Of a DNA stretch of 64,000 nucleotides, positions 30,205 through 41,633 are shown one piece after another (position 1 is the stretch's first letter; each line of letters opens with the position of its first letter). Below the pieces are notes generated by a model, which was not told the DNA's origin, made no database searches, and was given only the letters and a program-made list of their open reading frames with translations. Location of the stretch: contig CAVQBA010000007.1 of NCBI GenBank assembly GCA_963710605.1, positions 480,001 through 544,000 of the forward strand, read 5' to 3'. Position numbers and translations under genes: made by a program. This DNA comes from an uncultured cyanobacterium (GTDB lineage: Bacteria > Cyanobacteriota > Cyanobacteriia > Cyanobacteriales > Cyanobacteriaceae).

Positions 30205-31713
30205 TTAACGCATATCATAACCAAATAAATTAGGATCGACTTCAGATAAACCAATATCGTCTAAACCGTATTCTGCCCAACGTTGGCTTACTTTTTCCGC
30301 CATATCAGGATCGGATTCTAATACTTCTCCCCATTCGTGATCTGTTTCAGGAGGGATTTTTGTTGTCGCATCGATCGCCATTCTACCGCCCAAGCCAATT
30401 TTTTCACTAGCAAAATCGAGAGTATCAAAAGGAGTTTCTTCTAAAATAAAGACATCTCGAACAGGATCGACTTTAGAACTTATTGCCCATACTATCTGAC
30501 GAGGGTCACGAATATTGATTTCTTTATCCACTACAATTACAAATTTAGTATAAGTAAATTGCGGTAAAGCACTCCAAAAAGCCATCGCCGCTCTTCTTGC
30601 TTGTCCAGGATACGCTTTATCGATCGAGATAATCGCCGCTTTATAACTTAATGCTTCCATCGGTAAAAAGAAATCGGTGATTTCCGATACTTGCTGACGC
30701 AAAATAGGTGTATAAATTCGGTTTAGAGCGATCGCCATCATTGCTTCTTCTTTTGGTGGACGACCACTAAAAGTAGTAAGATAAATCGGATCTTTGCGAT
30801 GAGTTAGGCAATGGAAACGAACTAAAGGCGAATCTTCCACACCGCCATAATAACCCATATGATCGCCAAACGGACCATCGGGGAGCATTTCATTGGGATC
30901 GATCGTTCCTTCTAAAACAAACTCTGAATCGGCGGGTACTTCCAGATCGACTGTTTTACATTTAGCCAGTTTTACCCCCGAACCACCATACAAACCAGCA
31001 AATAACCATTCGGATAAATCGACAGGAATAGGTGTAGCGGCGGCTAAAATGATTAACGGATCAACTCCTAAAGCGATCGCTATCTCTAGTTTTTTACCCA
31101 TTTGGGCGGCTTTCCTTAGATGTCTCGCTCCTCCCCTAACCGATAACCAATGGACTGTCATCGTCTTATCTGACTGTAATTGCAGACGATATACACCGAC
31201 ATTAGGAGTACCTGTTTCGCAATCTTTAGTAATTACTAAACCGAGGGTAATAATTTTACCTGCATCTTTGGGGTAAGGACGAATCAAAGGTATTTTGTTG
31301 AGATCTAATTCTTCTGATTCGATTACTACTTGATGACAAGGAGGGAAAAAATCTCGTCCGGGTTTAGCTTTAACTACATCAAACAATACTTTCCCGAAAT
31401 CGATCGCTTGTTGGACTTTTTTCGGTGGTTTGGGTTGTTGTAGCATACCCAATTTCTTACCTAATTCTTCTAATTCTAAAGGATGTTCCATTTTCATCGC
31501 CCAGCAAACTCTTTCTAATGTACCTAAAGAGTTAATTAGAATCGGAAAGGGCGAATCCTTCACATTTTCAAATAAAAGAGCAGGGCCACCGACTTGTAGC
31601 ATCCGATTAGAAATTTCTGCTATTTCCAAATCTGGATCGACTAAGGTTTTAATTCGTTTTAATTGTCCTCTTTTTTCTAGTAACTCAATAAATTGACGTA
31701 AATCCCTAGCCAT
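30205..31713 (-). CDS. ubiD: UbiD-family decarboxylase
   Basis: NVGVYRLQ, DGPFGDHMGYY, GRPPKEE, IDATTK. Confidence 0.93.
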   Translation of the reverse strand: MARDLRQFIELLEKRGQLKRIKTLVDPDLEIAEISNRMLQVGGPALLFENVKDSPFPILINSLGTLERVCWAMKMEHPLELEELGKKLGMLQQPKPPKKVQQAIDFGKVLFDVVKAKPGRDFFPPCHQVVIESEELDLNKIPLIRPYPKDAGKIITLGLVITKDCETGTPNVGVYRLQLQSDKTMTVHWLSVRGGARHLRKAAQMGKKLEIAIALGVDPLIILAAATPIPVDLSEWLFAGLYGGSGVKLAKCKTVDLEVPADSEFVLEGTIDPNEMLPDGPFGDHMGYYGGVEDSPLVRFHCLTHRKDPIYLTTFSGRPPKEEAMMAIALNRIYTPILRQQVSEITDFFLPMEALSYKAAIISIDKAYPGQARRAAMAFWSALPQFTYTKFVIVVDKEINIRDPRQIVWAISSKVDPVRDVFILEETPFDTLDFASEKIGLGGRMAIDATTKIPPETDHEWGEVLESDPDMAEKVSQRWAEYGLDDIGLSEVDPNLFGYDMR

Positions 31714-31989
31714 AGTTGGTAATTGATAATTTTAATGATTGATAATGACAAGAAGCTATTTATAGTACTAAACGAGTTAATTAAAACAGTTGAATCAAGT
31801 TCCCCTCCTCACTAAGGAGGGGTTAGGGGAGGTTGAACATCCGAATCAAATCGTTCTTTGCTATATTTTCATTTTTATCTCAAAAAGCAAGAAGATAAAG
31901 TATGAGGCTTCAACTGTCAATTTTACATTGTCAACTGTCTTTGCTATACCTTATCTTAATGATAATGTTCAAATTTTTTCGATGGTTAG

Positions 31990-33327
31990 TTAATTACTAC
32001 TTCCGAACTCCGAATTCCGAATTCCGAACTCTGAACTTTGTACTCCACCTTTAGCGATTTCTTGAGAGAGAATTTCGATCGCTTTACGATACTGAGCATC
32101 ATCTACTGTACCGATTTTGGTTCTATCTTGAATTAATACTTCTCTTTGCTCTTCTGACAATTCATAGACAACATCAGGAGTTATACCTTCTTTATTGATA
32201 TCTCTACCATCAGGAGTAAGGTATTTAGCAATTGTAACGGCTAAACCCGAACCATCTCCTAACCCTCTGACAGATTGAACTAAACCTTTACCGAAAGTTT
32301 GTGTACCGACAATAGTAGCTCGATGATAATCTTGCAGTGCACCTGAGAGTATTTCACTAGCACTAGCCGAGCCACCATCAACTAGAACGACAATTGGTTT
32401 TTCAGTCAAAGTTGAATTGTTAGCATTATGAGCATCAACTTCACCAACTCGATCGACTGTAGTCACAATTTTACCTCGATCGATAAACATACGAGCAATC
32501 TCGACACTAGAAAATAATAATCCACCTGGATTCGATCGTAAATCGAGAATATAACCACTAACGTTATCATCCTCACTTTGATTGATTGCGTCTTTCATTT
32601 CTTTAGCGGCGTTACCACTAAATTGAGTTAAACGAATATAACCAACTTTACCCACTTGAGCATCTTGAACGATACTAGCTTTGACAGGATGAATTTCAAT
32701 TTTAGCTCTGGTGATATTAAAATCAAGCATTCTACCATTTCTTTCAACAACAAGCTTAACATCAGTACCGGGTTTACCACGAATTAAGGAAACAACATCA
32801 TTTAGTTCCATTCCTTCGGTACTTTGCCCATCAATTTCACGAATAATATCCTTGGAGGCAACACCAATTTTAGAAGCTGGTGTATCTTCGATCGGTGCGA
32901 TGACAACAATGTTATTTGTTTCTTCTTCTTTAGTGATTTGAATACCTATCCCTGTTAATTCTCCTGAAGTGTCTATTTGCATAGTTCTAAACTCATCAGG
33001 ACTCATAAAGCGGGTGTAGGGGTCGTCTAGCTTTTTGAGCATCTCTCGGATAGCTTCGTATGCTTGTTCTTTATCACTATATTCTTTGTCTAAATATTCG
33101 CTTCTGATTTCTCGCCAATCTTCACCGTTGAAAGTAGCGTCAACATACCTGCGGTTAATTACTTGCCAAACTTCGTCAACTAATTCTTTAGGGTTATCTT
33201 GAAAATATGCTTGTGTTTGAGAAAAACGGAGTCCAAAACCTGTAATTGCAATACTAGAGACTGCTAAAGCAGTTGTCCCCAGAATTAGTCCTTGTTTAGT
33301 AATTTTCATATTCTGTTTTCTTTTCAA
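31990..33327 (-). CDS. Carboxyl-terminal processing protease (S41, Ctp family)
   Basis: LDDPYTRF, PDZ domain, DLRSNPGGLL, SASASEIL, TFGKGLVQ; the real start is probably MKITKQ. Confidence 0.93.
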   Translation of the reverse strand: MKRKQNMKITKQGLILGTTALAVSSIAITGFGLRFSQTQAYFQDNPKELVDEVWQVINRRYVDATFNGEDWREIRSEYLDKEYSDKEQAYEAIREMLKKLDDPYTRFMSPDEFRTMQIDTSGELTGIGIQITKEEETNNIVVIAPIEDTPASKIGVASKDIIREIDGQSTEGMELNDVVSLIRGKPGTDVKLVVERNGRMLDFNITRAKIEIHPVKASIVQDAQVGKVGYIRLTQFSGNAAKEMKDAINQSEDDNVSGYILDLRSNPGGLLFSSVEIARMFIDRGKIVTTVDRVGEVDAHNANNSTLTEKPIVVLVDGGSASASEILSGALQDYHRATIVGTQTFGKGLVQSVRGLGDGSGLAVTIAKYLTPDGRDINKEGITPDVVYELSEEQREVLIQDRTKIGTVDDAQYRKAIEILSQEIAKGGVQSSEFGIRNSEFGSSN

Positions 33328-33826
33328 TCGGTTTAAAGCAATCTTGGAGTAAAACTATTGTCTTGGAAAATAAAAATATTACTAACTAAAAATTAATCTT
33401 ATTCAATTTGATCAAAACACTTATTCATAAGACTTTTCTTAATTAGTGAAATAATTATTTTGTGGTTTATGTGTCAAAACAGACAATCAATTTTTACTCA
33501 AAGATGATGGTTCAATTCAGATACTAACATAATTTATCTGAATCGTAGTCGTTGAACTTACTTAGTTGATGTAAAGAAATAATAACCACCGTTTGATAGT
33601 TGATAGTTTTTACTTTTATTTTTCTAACTCCTGACTCCTTATCTTTTCTGGCGTTCACTATTAAATAAGGTGAGCTACTTTAGATTTTAGCCCACCTTAA
33701 AGATTACGTTGAATTTACACGATCGAATTATTAAAGATCAAGTAAATTAAATTAGCTATTTTTCAACTCTTAAAACTGAAAAACAATTAAGGGAATTTGA
33801 ATTTGAATCGTTCGTAATTACAATTA

Positions 33827-34078
33827 TTAATTGCTTTCACGAGGTTTAGCTTTATTAACTTTGATTTCTCTGCCCATCCACTGAGCACCATCTAGAGTTT
33901 CAATCGCTTTAGATTCTTCATCGTCACTATTCATTTCGACAAAACCGAAACCACGCTTTCTTTTAGTTTCTCGATCGACTGGTAAATAAACTCTTTTTAC
34001 TTCACCATAATCAGCAAAAACTGCTCGTAAATCGTCTTCTGTAACGTCGTAGGACAAATTCCCCACATATATGGACAT
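33827..34078 (-). CDS. RRM RNA-binding protein (Rbp family, no Gly-rich tail)
   Basis: IYVGNL RNP2 and RGFGFVEM RNP1. Confidence 0.93.
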   Translation of the reverse strand: MSIYVGNLSYDVTEDDLRAVFADYGEVKRVYLPVDRETKRKRGFGFVEMNSDDEESKAIETLDGAQWMGREIKVNKAKPRESN

Positions 34079-34350
34079 AAACTATTTCCTCAACTTTTTT
34101 TTAAAGTGTTAAATTATTGAGATAACGGACATTTAACTTTCATTCCTTGTGTGAGAAAAAATGAGCTTCAAAAATGGAATCAAACAATGTAACCGAAACA
34201 AATCTCAAATAAGTACTATTATTAACTTATCATAACTGGTAGATACATTTATAAAAAGCAATTGGATAAAAATATTGGACAATATCCAGACTGAGGTTAA
34301 AATGAAGTTTTGATTATCTAAAATCGCAGTCAATAACATCAGGAGAGAAG

Positions 34351-35775
34351 GTGGTGAGTGATAACTTGGACACAACTAAAAACACAGATATTACGGCAAT
34401 CAATTCTCGCCATGAGTTAAGAGATTTAGTTCGTTCTCAATTACAGCTACTTTTAGAAAAGAAAAATCTTGAAGGTGCAAAAGCATTATTAATACCCGTT
34501 CAACCTGTGGATATAGCAGAAGCCATCGAAGGATTACCTGAATCAGTACAAGCGATCGCTTTTAGATTATTAAGTAAAACAGAAGCCATTGATGTTTACG
34601 AGCATTTAGATTATAGTGTTCAACAATCATTAATCGAAGAATTTAAACGTCAAGAAGTACTCGATATCGTTGACAAAATGTCTCCAGACGATCGAGCTCG
34701 TTTATTTGATGAATTACCCGCTACCGTCGTTAGCCGAATTATTGCCCAACTTAGCCCTGAAGAAAGACAAGCTACTAGTTTACTTTTAGGTTATGAAGAA
34801 GATACCGCAGGGCGAATTATGACTCCTGAATATATAGCCCTCAAAGAAACCCTGACTGTTGCTCAAACGATCGAAAGAATACGCACACAAGGTAGTAACT
34901 CGGAGCTGATTTACTATCTTTATGTTACTGATGCTTCTCGTCATTTAACTGGTATTGTTTCTCTACGTGATTTGGTTTTAAATCCTCCTGAGCAAGTGTT
35001 AAGCGAATTTATGACTAAAGATGTCATTTATGTTAGTACTGATGTAGATCAAGAAGAAGTTGCCAGACTAATACAAAGATACGATCTCCTTGCTTTACCT
35101 GTAGTCGATCGAGAATTACGTTTAGTGGGAATTGTCACAGTCGATGACATGATTGATATTTTAGAACGAGAAGCAACTGAAGATATCTATGCTTTGGGTG
35201 GTGTACAATCTGAAGGTGATAACTACTTTCAAACCAACTTATTTACCGTTGCTCGTAGAAGGGTAGTTTGGTTATTAATTTTATTAGTTACTAATAGCGT
35301 TACTGGTAGTATTATCGGCTCTCAAGGTGATTTATTAGCCAAATTCACCGTCTTAGCCGCATTTATTCCTTTACTTACAGGCACCGGTGGTAACATTGGT
35401 ACACAATCATCTACAGTTGTCATTCGTGGATTGAATACAGGAGAAATAGCTGATTTAGGGGCGGCAAAAGTAGTTGTTAGAGAAGCGTTAGCTGGATTAT
35501 TACTTGGTTTAATTTTAGGTGTATTAGCCACAATTTGGGCTTATTTCCTACCGCAAACAGAACAAAATATAATCGTTGCTGTCTCAGTTGGAGCAAGTTT
35601 AGTCGCTATTTCTTTACTGGCATCTGTTTCTGGTTCGGCATTACCTTTTTTCTTCCGCTCTCTAGGATTAGATCCCGCTTTAATGTCTGCACCCTTTATT
35701 ACAACAGCAGTTGATGTCATTGGTGTTTTAATCTATTTTAATATCGTTCGTACGATGATTACGATGGGAATCTAA
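34351..35775 (+). CDS. mgtE: Magnesium transporter MgtE
   Basis: CBS pair, TAGRIMTPEY, GGNIGTQS, DPALMSAPFITTAVD. Confidence 0.95.
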   Translation: MVSDNLDTTKNTDITAINSRHELRDLVRSQLQLLLEKKNLEGAKALLIPVQPVDIAEAIEGLPESVQAIAFRLLSKTEAIDVYEHLDYSVQQSLIEEFKRQEVLDIVDKMSPDDRARLFDELPATVVSRIIAQLSPEERQATSLLLGYEEDTAGRIMTPEYIALKETLTVAQTIERIRTQGSNSELIYYLYVTDASRHLTGIVSLRDLVLNPPEQVLSEFMTKDVIYVSTDVDQEEVARLIQRYDLLALPVVDRELRLVGIVTVDDMIDILEREATEDIYALGGVQSEGDNYFQTNLFTVARRRVVWLLILLVTNSVTGSIIGSQGDLLAKFTVLAAFIPLLTGTGGNIGTQSSTVVIRGLNTGEIADLGAAKVVVREALAGLLLGLILGVLATIWAYFLPQTEQNIIVAVSVGASLVAISLLASVSGSALPFFFRSLGLDPALMSAPFITTAVDVIGVLIYFNIVRTMITMGI

Positions 35776-35954
35776 AATAATTCAAAATTAATCATTGACA
35801 ATTGACAACGAATAATATAGCATCTGTGGATTATCGATGAAGATGATCGTAGTGAGTGTTTGGTAGTGGCTTAACTATTTTAATCTCTATTATTTATTTT
35901 GATTTAGACGATGAATGAACACCATATTTGCCGAGAATATAATTAATAAATTGC

Positions 35955-37481
35955 ATGATAATTTTGATAATTAAAATTAAACTTGCTCTTCAATGGGCTG
36001 AATATATAAGTATCGCTTCAGCATTAGTATTTTTACTAATTTCTTCATTTACTTCTGCTGATTTTAATTCACTTTTATTTTTAAGTATTATTCTGGCTCT
36101 TATCTTTAATGTAGTCAATAACCGTTTACTGTTGAGAAAATATCCTCCTAATATTGCTCAAGAAATTGATTCAATTGAACAAAAAATAACTGAGCTTCAA
36201 CAAAAAATACTTAAAGACAACTTAGCGACGATTAATGGTGAACTATCTTTATCGGAAAATCAAGAAATTGCTTCGTTACAAGAAAGCGTCGAAAGTCTTC
36301 ATCAGTCTTTAGTAACTGTGATCAATTTTTTGAAAAAAAATAAACTTGATTTAAGAATTAAAAATTTAGAAACACTTTATCAGTCATTACAATCATCAGA
36401 AAATTATTTAAAAATTCAGAATAAAAAATCTTCGTTTAAAATCAAGTTACCTGACCAAAATATTTTAAAAAAACCCACTTTTGAAGAGTTAAATCTTAAC
36501 TTTCCTGAGAAAATAGCTTGGAAATGTATTCATGTTATCACCGCTCATCAAGAATCAGTTACGAGTTTAGCGATGACGATCGATCAAAAATACTTATTGA
36601 GTACTTCTTGGGATAATTATCTCAAATTATGGTCACTCACCCAAGGTAGTGAAATAAGTCAAATTAGAGCTTCAGAAGAAGGTATAACTAGTTTGGCATT
36701 AAACTCAAAAAATTATCTCGATCGAGGTATTCTCACAGGTGATTTAAATCAAAATATCAAAGTTTGGTCTTTAGATCAACAATCACAATCATTTTCTTTA
36801 GAAGAAACTTTATCCGAACATACAGGCTCAATTCATGGATTAGAAATTGCGTCTAAACGAAATATAGTAGTTAGTGGTAGTTTTGATCAATCTTTGAAAC
36901 AATGGGATTTATCTACAGGTAATCTTCTTTATGATTTAAAATCGGAAAATGGTTCAATCAATGCGATCGCAATTAATGAATCGATTAGTTTAATTGTAAC
37001 CGCAGGAGACGACGGTGTTATCTCAATGTGGGAATTAGAATCAGAAAATAAAGTTGGTTTGCTTTTAGGTAATACAAGCCCGATAGAATGTTTGGTAATT
37101 AGTCAATCAGGAGAATTAATCATCGCCGGGGGTGCAGATGGTTCAATTATTATGTGGCAATTACCAACCACAACTTGGAGTATATTTTTAGAAATTGTAC
37201 CTTATTTACAACTATCGGCTCATAATGGACAAGTGATGGATTTACTCTTAAGCAACGATGAACAACTTTTGTATAGTGCAGGAATTGATGGTTATATCAA
37301 AATTTGGCATTTAGCTAGTAGTAAAGAAATTGGACATTTAAAAATTAGTGACAACGATCGAGTTTTATCTTTAGCATTAAGTCAAGACGATCAAATTTTA
37401 GCCGCAGGTGGTGTCAACGGTATAATTAAAATTTGGCAACAAAACACGAAGAAAGTAAGTGAAAAAATTAATGGTCAATAA
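35955..37481 (+). CDS. WD40-repeat protein with N-terminal TM segments and a coiled coil
   Basis: Repeated H...S.S.D..IKxW units. Confidence 0.85.
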   Translation: MIILIIKIKLALQWAEYISIASALVFLLISSFTSADFNSLLFLSIILALIFNVVNNRLLLRKYPPNIAQEIDSIEQKITELQQKILKDNLATINGELSLSENQEIASLQESVESLHQSLVTVINFLKKNKLDLRIKNLETLYQSLQSSENYLKIQNKKSSFKIKLPDQNILKKPTFEELNLNFPEKIAWKCIHVITAHQESVTSLAMTIDQKYLLSTSWDNYLKLWSLTQGSEISQIRASEEGITSLALNSKNYLDRGILTGDLNQNIKVWSLDQQSQSFSLEETLSEHTGSIHGLEIASKRNIVVSGSFDQSLKQWDLSTGNLLYDLKSENGSINAIAINESISLIVTAGDDGVISMWELESENKVGLLLGNTSPIECLVISQSGELIIAGGADGSIIMWQLPTTTWSIFLEIVPYLQLSAHNGQVMDLLLSNDEQLLYSAGIDGYIKIWHLASSKEIGHLKISDNDRVLSLALSQDDQILAAGGVNGIIKIWQQNTKKVSEKINGQ

Positions 37482-37594
37482 TAGCCTCTAAAGTCTTTGA
37501 TTTCTAACTCTTAACTCTTAACCCTTAACTCTTAACTTAAAAAGTATTGCCAAAACTAGTATTTCTAGGTTACAATATCAAAGTGCTTACATCT

Positions 37595-37684
37595 GGAGAG
37601 ATGGCTGAGCGGTTGAAAGCGGCTTCCTGCTAAGAAGTTATGGGTTGTTAAAGCCTATCGAGGGTTCGAATCCCTCTCTCTCCG
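37595..37684 (+). tRNA. tRNA-Ser(GCT)
   Basis: GGAGAGA acceptor stem, anticodon loop CTGCTAA, long variable arm, GGTTCGAATCC; CCA not encoded. Confidence 0.95.
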
Positions 37685-37986
37685 TATTTGAACAAACTTT
37701 TTTCTTGATTCAATATTAAGGTTGAAAAAATCTTGATGCTTTGGTCTTAATTTGTTGGAAAAGATGCTCTATACATTTACTTTTGATTACGCATCAATTT
37801 TTTTGATTGTATAAGGGACGTTCGAGACTTAACTTACTTGAAGATAGTAATTTTAGTAAAGCGATCGTTTTATTGATTAATAAACTTTTGTTGCGAAATT
37901 TATCCTTTGTTACCCCCGTGGCTAAATAATAATAAATAGGTCTAGTTTGTTTTGCGATTCAGACGCTTAAATTAAGATGAGTTTGA

Positions 37987-39543
37987 TTAATTATTATTTG
38001 AGCTTGTATTATTAGTGTCTGTTTCCGCTATTTGTTGGATGGGCGAACCATCTCTTACTTGTAGAATACCTGCGGTTAAAATTCGATCGCCATTTTCCAA
38101 ACCTTCTAATACTTGATAACTATTCCCTTGAATATCTCCTAACTTAATTGCTTTTTGTTTGGCAACTAAACCTTCTGTGTCGGGATTCTCTTCAGCCGTA
38201 AAAACAAATGCTTGTCCGCCGATACGAAAAATTGAGCTAGTAGGGATTAAGATACCTCGATCGAGATTCCAAATAATCCGAGATTGAATAAACTGGCGAT
38301 TGAGTAATTGACGATCGAAATCACTATTATCAAAAACTGCTTTAACATTAATTAATTGTGAATCTGATGTAACATTTGGTTCAATAAAATTAATTTGCCC
38401 TGTAGCGATCGTTTTATTGTTATCATCTAAAAGTTGCACAGGTAAACCAATCTGTAAATCAACTGCTTTCTCGATCGGTATGGCAATATTTAACTCTAAA
38501 GCACTATTTTCAGTAATAGTAGTTAAGGTATCATCACTGTCAATATAATCGCCTATTTTAACAGGAATATTACTTATTTTGCCCGAAATTGGTGCTTTAA
38601 TCAAACTTTTGTCTAATAAAGTTCTAATTCTAGCTACATTCGCTCTCGCCTCTTGCACTTGTGCTGTCGCCTGAGCAATTTGTTCTTGTCTTGCACCATT
38701 TTGTAATAAAGTCAAGTTTTGTTTAGCTTCATCTAACGCCGCTTCTAGTTCAGCATTATTAGAAGTCGTACCTTGTCTTAATTCTTGTAATCTTTTTTGA
38801 GCTACATTAACTTGGGCTTGGCTTGTTTTCGCTTCAGTTAAAAAATTATCAAATTGATCTTGAGCGATCGCACCTTCGGTTAATAATAAACGATAACGTT
38901 TAACTTTTTGCTGTGCTAATTGTGCTTCGGCTTCAGCGGCTACTAACTGTGCTTGTGCCTGAGCAATTTCAGCTTGAGATGAGCCTTTACGGGAGTTATC
39001 TAAGCGAATCTGTGCTTGTCTTACTCTAGCTTGAGCGGCGGCAACATCTTCAATCCGACTACCTGTTTGTAATTCAGTTAATTGGGCAAGACGTGCATTA
39101 ACAGTAGCTGAGGCTTGATTTAATTCAGCATTAAGAGTATCACTTTCTAAACGAAATAAGCTATCTCCTCGGTTGACTATCTGTCCTTCAGAAATTAAAA
39201 TACCGACTAATCTACCTTCTAATTCTGAGTTAAGATTAACCGTTTGTTGTGCTTCGAGATTACCTAAAAAATTAGTAGATTCTTCGATCGTAGCACTAGT
39301 AAGAGTCTTGAGTTTAACTCCCGAAGGTGGTGGTGCTTGCTGTGCTTGTTGTGAAGCTTGACTCTGTTGACTTTGCCACCAATACCAACCTCCTGCGATT
39401 ATTCCTAACAGTAATAAGATAAGACCTATATTAAGCCATTTACGATCGGTTGACGTTTTTTGAATTTGATTACTCTCAACAGTGTTATCTGTTGCAGTTG
39501 GGTTATCGATCACTTTTTCTGATGGAGGATGATCTGTCGTCAT
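37987..39543 (-). CDS. RND/HlyD-family efflux periplasmic adaptor
   Basis: N-terminal TM, lipoyl halves (EGQIVNRGD, IKAPISG), long coiled coil, VLEGLENGD. Confidence 0.9.
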   Translation of the reverse strand: MTTDHPPSEKVIDNPTATDNTVESNQIQKTSTDRKWLNIGLILLLLGIIAGGWYWWQSQQSQASQQAQQAPPPSGVKLKTLTSATIEESTNFLGNLEAQQTVNLNSELEGRLVGILISEGQIVNRGDSLFRLESDTLNAELNQASATVNARLAQLTELQTGSRIEDVAAAQARVRQAQIRLDNSRKGSSQAEIAQAQAQLVAAEAEAQLAQQKVKRYRLLLTEGAIAQDQFDNFLTEAKTSQAQVNVAQKRLQELRQGTTSNNAELEAALDEAKQNLTLLQNGARQEQIAQATAQVQEARANVARIRTLLDKSLIKAPISGKISNIPVKIGDYIDSDDTLTTITENSALELNIAIPIEKAVDLQIGLPVQLLDDNNKTIATGQINFIEPNVTSDSQLINVKAVFDNSDFDRQLLNRQFIQSRIIWNLDRGILIPTSSIFRIGGQAFVFTAEENPDTEGLVAKQKAIKLGDIQGNSYQVLEGLENGDRILTAGILQVRDGSPIQQIAETDTNNTSSNNN

Positions 39544-39821
39544 TGGTCTAGCTTCTGATTAAAGTTATTTATATTATAAAACTTTATAATCAAATAAACA
39601 TCTCATAAGTAAGTAATTAAATTAAATCGCAAATAAGTTAATTAACTATAGATTATTTGTTATAATAGAAATCAAAATCATAGACTTAAGTCAATTTCAT
39701 ATTGGAATATTCGCCAAATAATAAATTATAATAATCCGAGTACTTATACTTACTAATCTGTAATTTTGTTTTTCGTTTTTTTAACCTCGTAATCACGGGG
39801 GTTTTTTCTGTCTATTATTAT

Positions 39822-40871
39822 TTATTCTTCAACTTCATACAAAAAACGAGTATCACCAATCAATTTACGATTATAAGAAGTACTTTGCACAAAGACACTA
39901 TATTTCTTTAAGTCAGTTGGTTTAATTCTCACTTTGGTTTTTTCAGGTAAGCCTAACATTTGTCTCACACAATTCCCTGCAAACAAATCACCTGTATCTT
40001 TTTCCATTAATAAAATTTCTTTATTAGCTTGAATAGTTTCTGTTTTAGTAAACTGATAAAAACCACGCCCTTTTTTAAAAGTTAAACCATTTTCTAAAAC
40101 AAAGTTTTTAATCGAAACATTATCTTCTACATCTAAAACTTGAAATCTACTTGGCGATACTGAATTCAAATTTTTATCATTAAATAAATCTCCACTGTCT
40201 CTTTTGAGCATAGTATTAAACATACTATAAAGACTACGATTCATTCTTCCTTCAGCAACGATTTCTGTTTCATAATCTTGTAATTGATTATTAGAAGACT
40301 GTTGATAACAAATAGCTAGAAAATAATCAGTGATATGTGCAAATTGATCTAAACTTAGATGATAACCACCCGATTTTTCAGCTAGTTCTTGATAAAATAA
40401 ATTAGCGTGCGATCGATTTAATGCTTGTACACCATAAACAGTTATATCTTGACTAATCAAAGTTTTTAATTCTGTACGCCAGTTTAATTTCTGAGGATTT
40501 CTAGCTGGTGCGTGAGGAATGTCATCACCAATCATTACTAAAGTTTTATGACTATCTTTACTCCAAGATAAAGATTGAGTTTGATGTAAAACTAATTCGT
40601 AACATTCGGGCGCATCACCTCCATATGTTGCTTCTACATTTTGAACAAAGTTACAAATTTCATCCACCTCACCTGATAAATCAAGTGTTTTGGTAACATA
40701 GGTTTTATTTTCGTCACAATAATCACCATGAGCGATTATGCCAATACGAATACCGGGTATTTCGTTAAGTAAGCGACTAACAGTTTCTTTTATTTTACGA
40801 CGTACTTGAGTTAAACAAGGATACATACTTCCTGTGGTATCAAAGCTAAAAACGATTTCAATATTTTTCAT
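39822..40871 (-). CDS. vWA-domain protein with an uncharacterised C-terminal domain
   Basis: FSFDTTGSM MIDAS, GDYCD, GGDAPECYE, IGDDIPH. Confidence 0.85.
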   Translation of the reverse strand: MKNIEIVFSFDTTGSMYPCLTQVRRKIKETVSRLLNEIPGIRIGIIAHGDYCDENKTYVTKTLDLSGEVDEICNFVQNVEATYGGDAPECYELVLHQTQSLSWSKDSHKTLVMIGDDIPHAPARNPQKLNWRTELKTLISQDITVYGVQALNRSHANLFYQELAEKSGGYHLSLDQFAHITDYFLAICYQQSSNNQLQDYETEIVAEGRMNRSLYSMFNTMLKRDSGDLFNDKNLNSVSPSRFQVLDVEDNVSIKNFVLENGLTFKKGRGFYQFTKTETIQANKEILLMEKDTGDLFAGNCVRQMLGLPEKTKVRIKPTDLKKYSVFVQSTSYNRKLIGDTRFLYEVEE

Positions 40872-41633
40872 GACGATTATTTCTTCTTGAGTTTGTGTTG
40901 GTTATTTATCCTTCCATTCGTTTTGATAAATTTATGCACTTTAAAGAAAAAATAATTTTATTTCTTGCAATTTAACTATTGTCGTTATGCCAATCAAAAT
41001 TTTATTATCTATAGTAGAATTCGTGAGTTATAGGTAAATGAAATTGTTTGATAGCATCTCTATATAGATACAATTTGAATCTCCCCTTATGAAGGAGATA
41101 TTTAAAGGGGTTGATGATACAGAAAAAAAATTTGAGTAATCATAAACTTATTTGGCTATAGTTGTTTAGCTCAAACTACTGTAAAACAAAGCTAATATTT
41201 GTACGTGTATTGAAATACTTTAGCTTTGATTGATATAGTAAATTTTTCGATAAATTAGTCGGTTTTAAGCACTTGTTTACAAATGAGGGAAAGAATGTTA
41301 CATTTTAAACACCACAGATATTAAAGTCGATCGTCTATTTTCTTCTTAATAAAAATCAAGATAATTGTTTTGGTTTCAATTTTAAATGATGCTTATTTAA
41401 AATACAGAAATAAAAAAATAGTTGTTCTAAAAATATAATTGAATCACTTTTTTTATGTAGCTTATTTTTATTAGTTAATAATAACTTATTTATTTAACTT
41501 ACACTAAATTATTTTACGTCAAATTTAGATCATAAAAATAAAAAAATCTTAAAATATAATTATAATTGACTACCTTTAACTAACTAATAAAATTATTCAG
41601 TAAGTAGCCAATATTGATTTTTTTTAGTATAGC

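Noticed and set aside
31790-31993. 67-aa ORF MNQVPLLTKEGLGEV...
   Set aside because: It is the translation of a REP-like palindrome plus intergenic DNA.
37595-37760. tRNA-Ser as an integration site
   Set aside because: No duplicated tRNA 3' end or integrase seen nearby.
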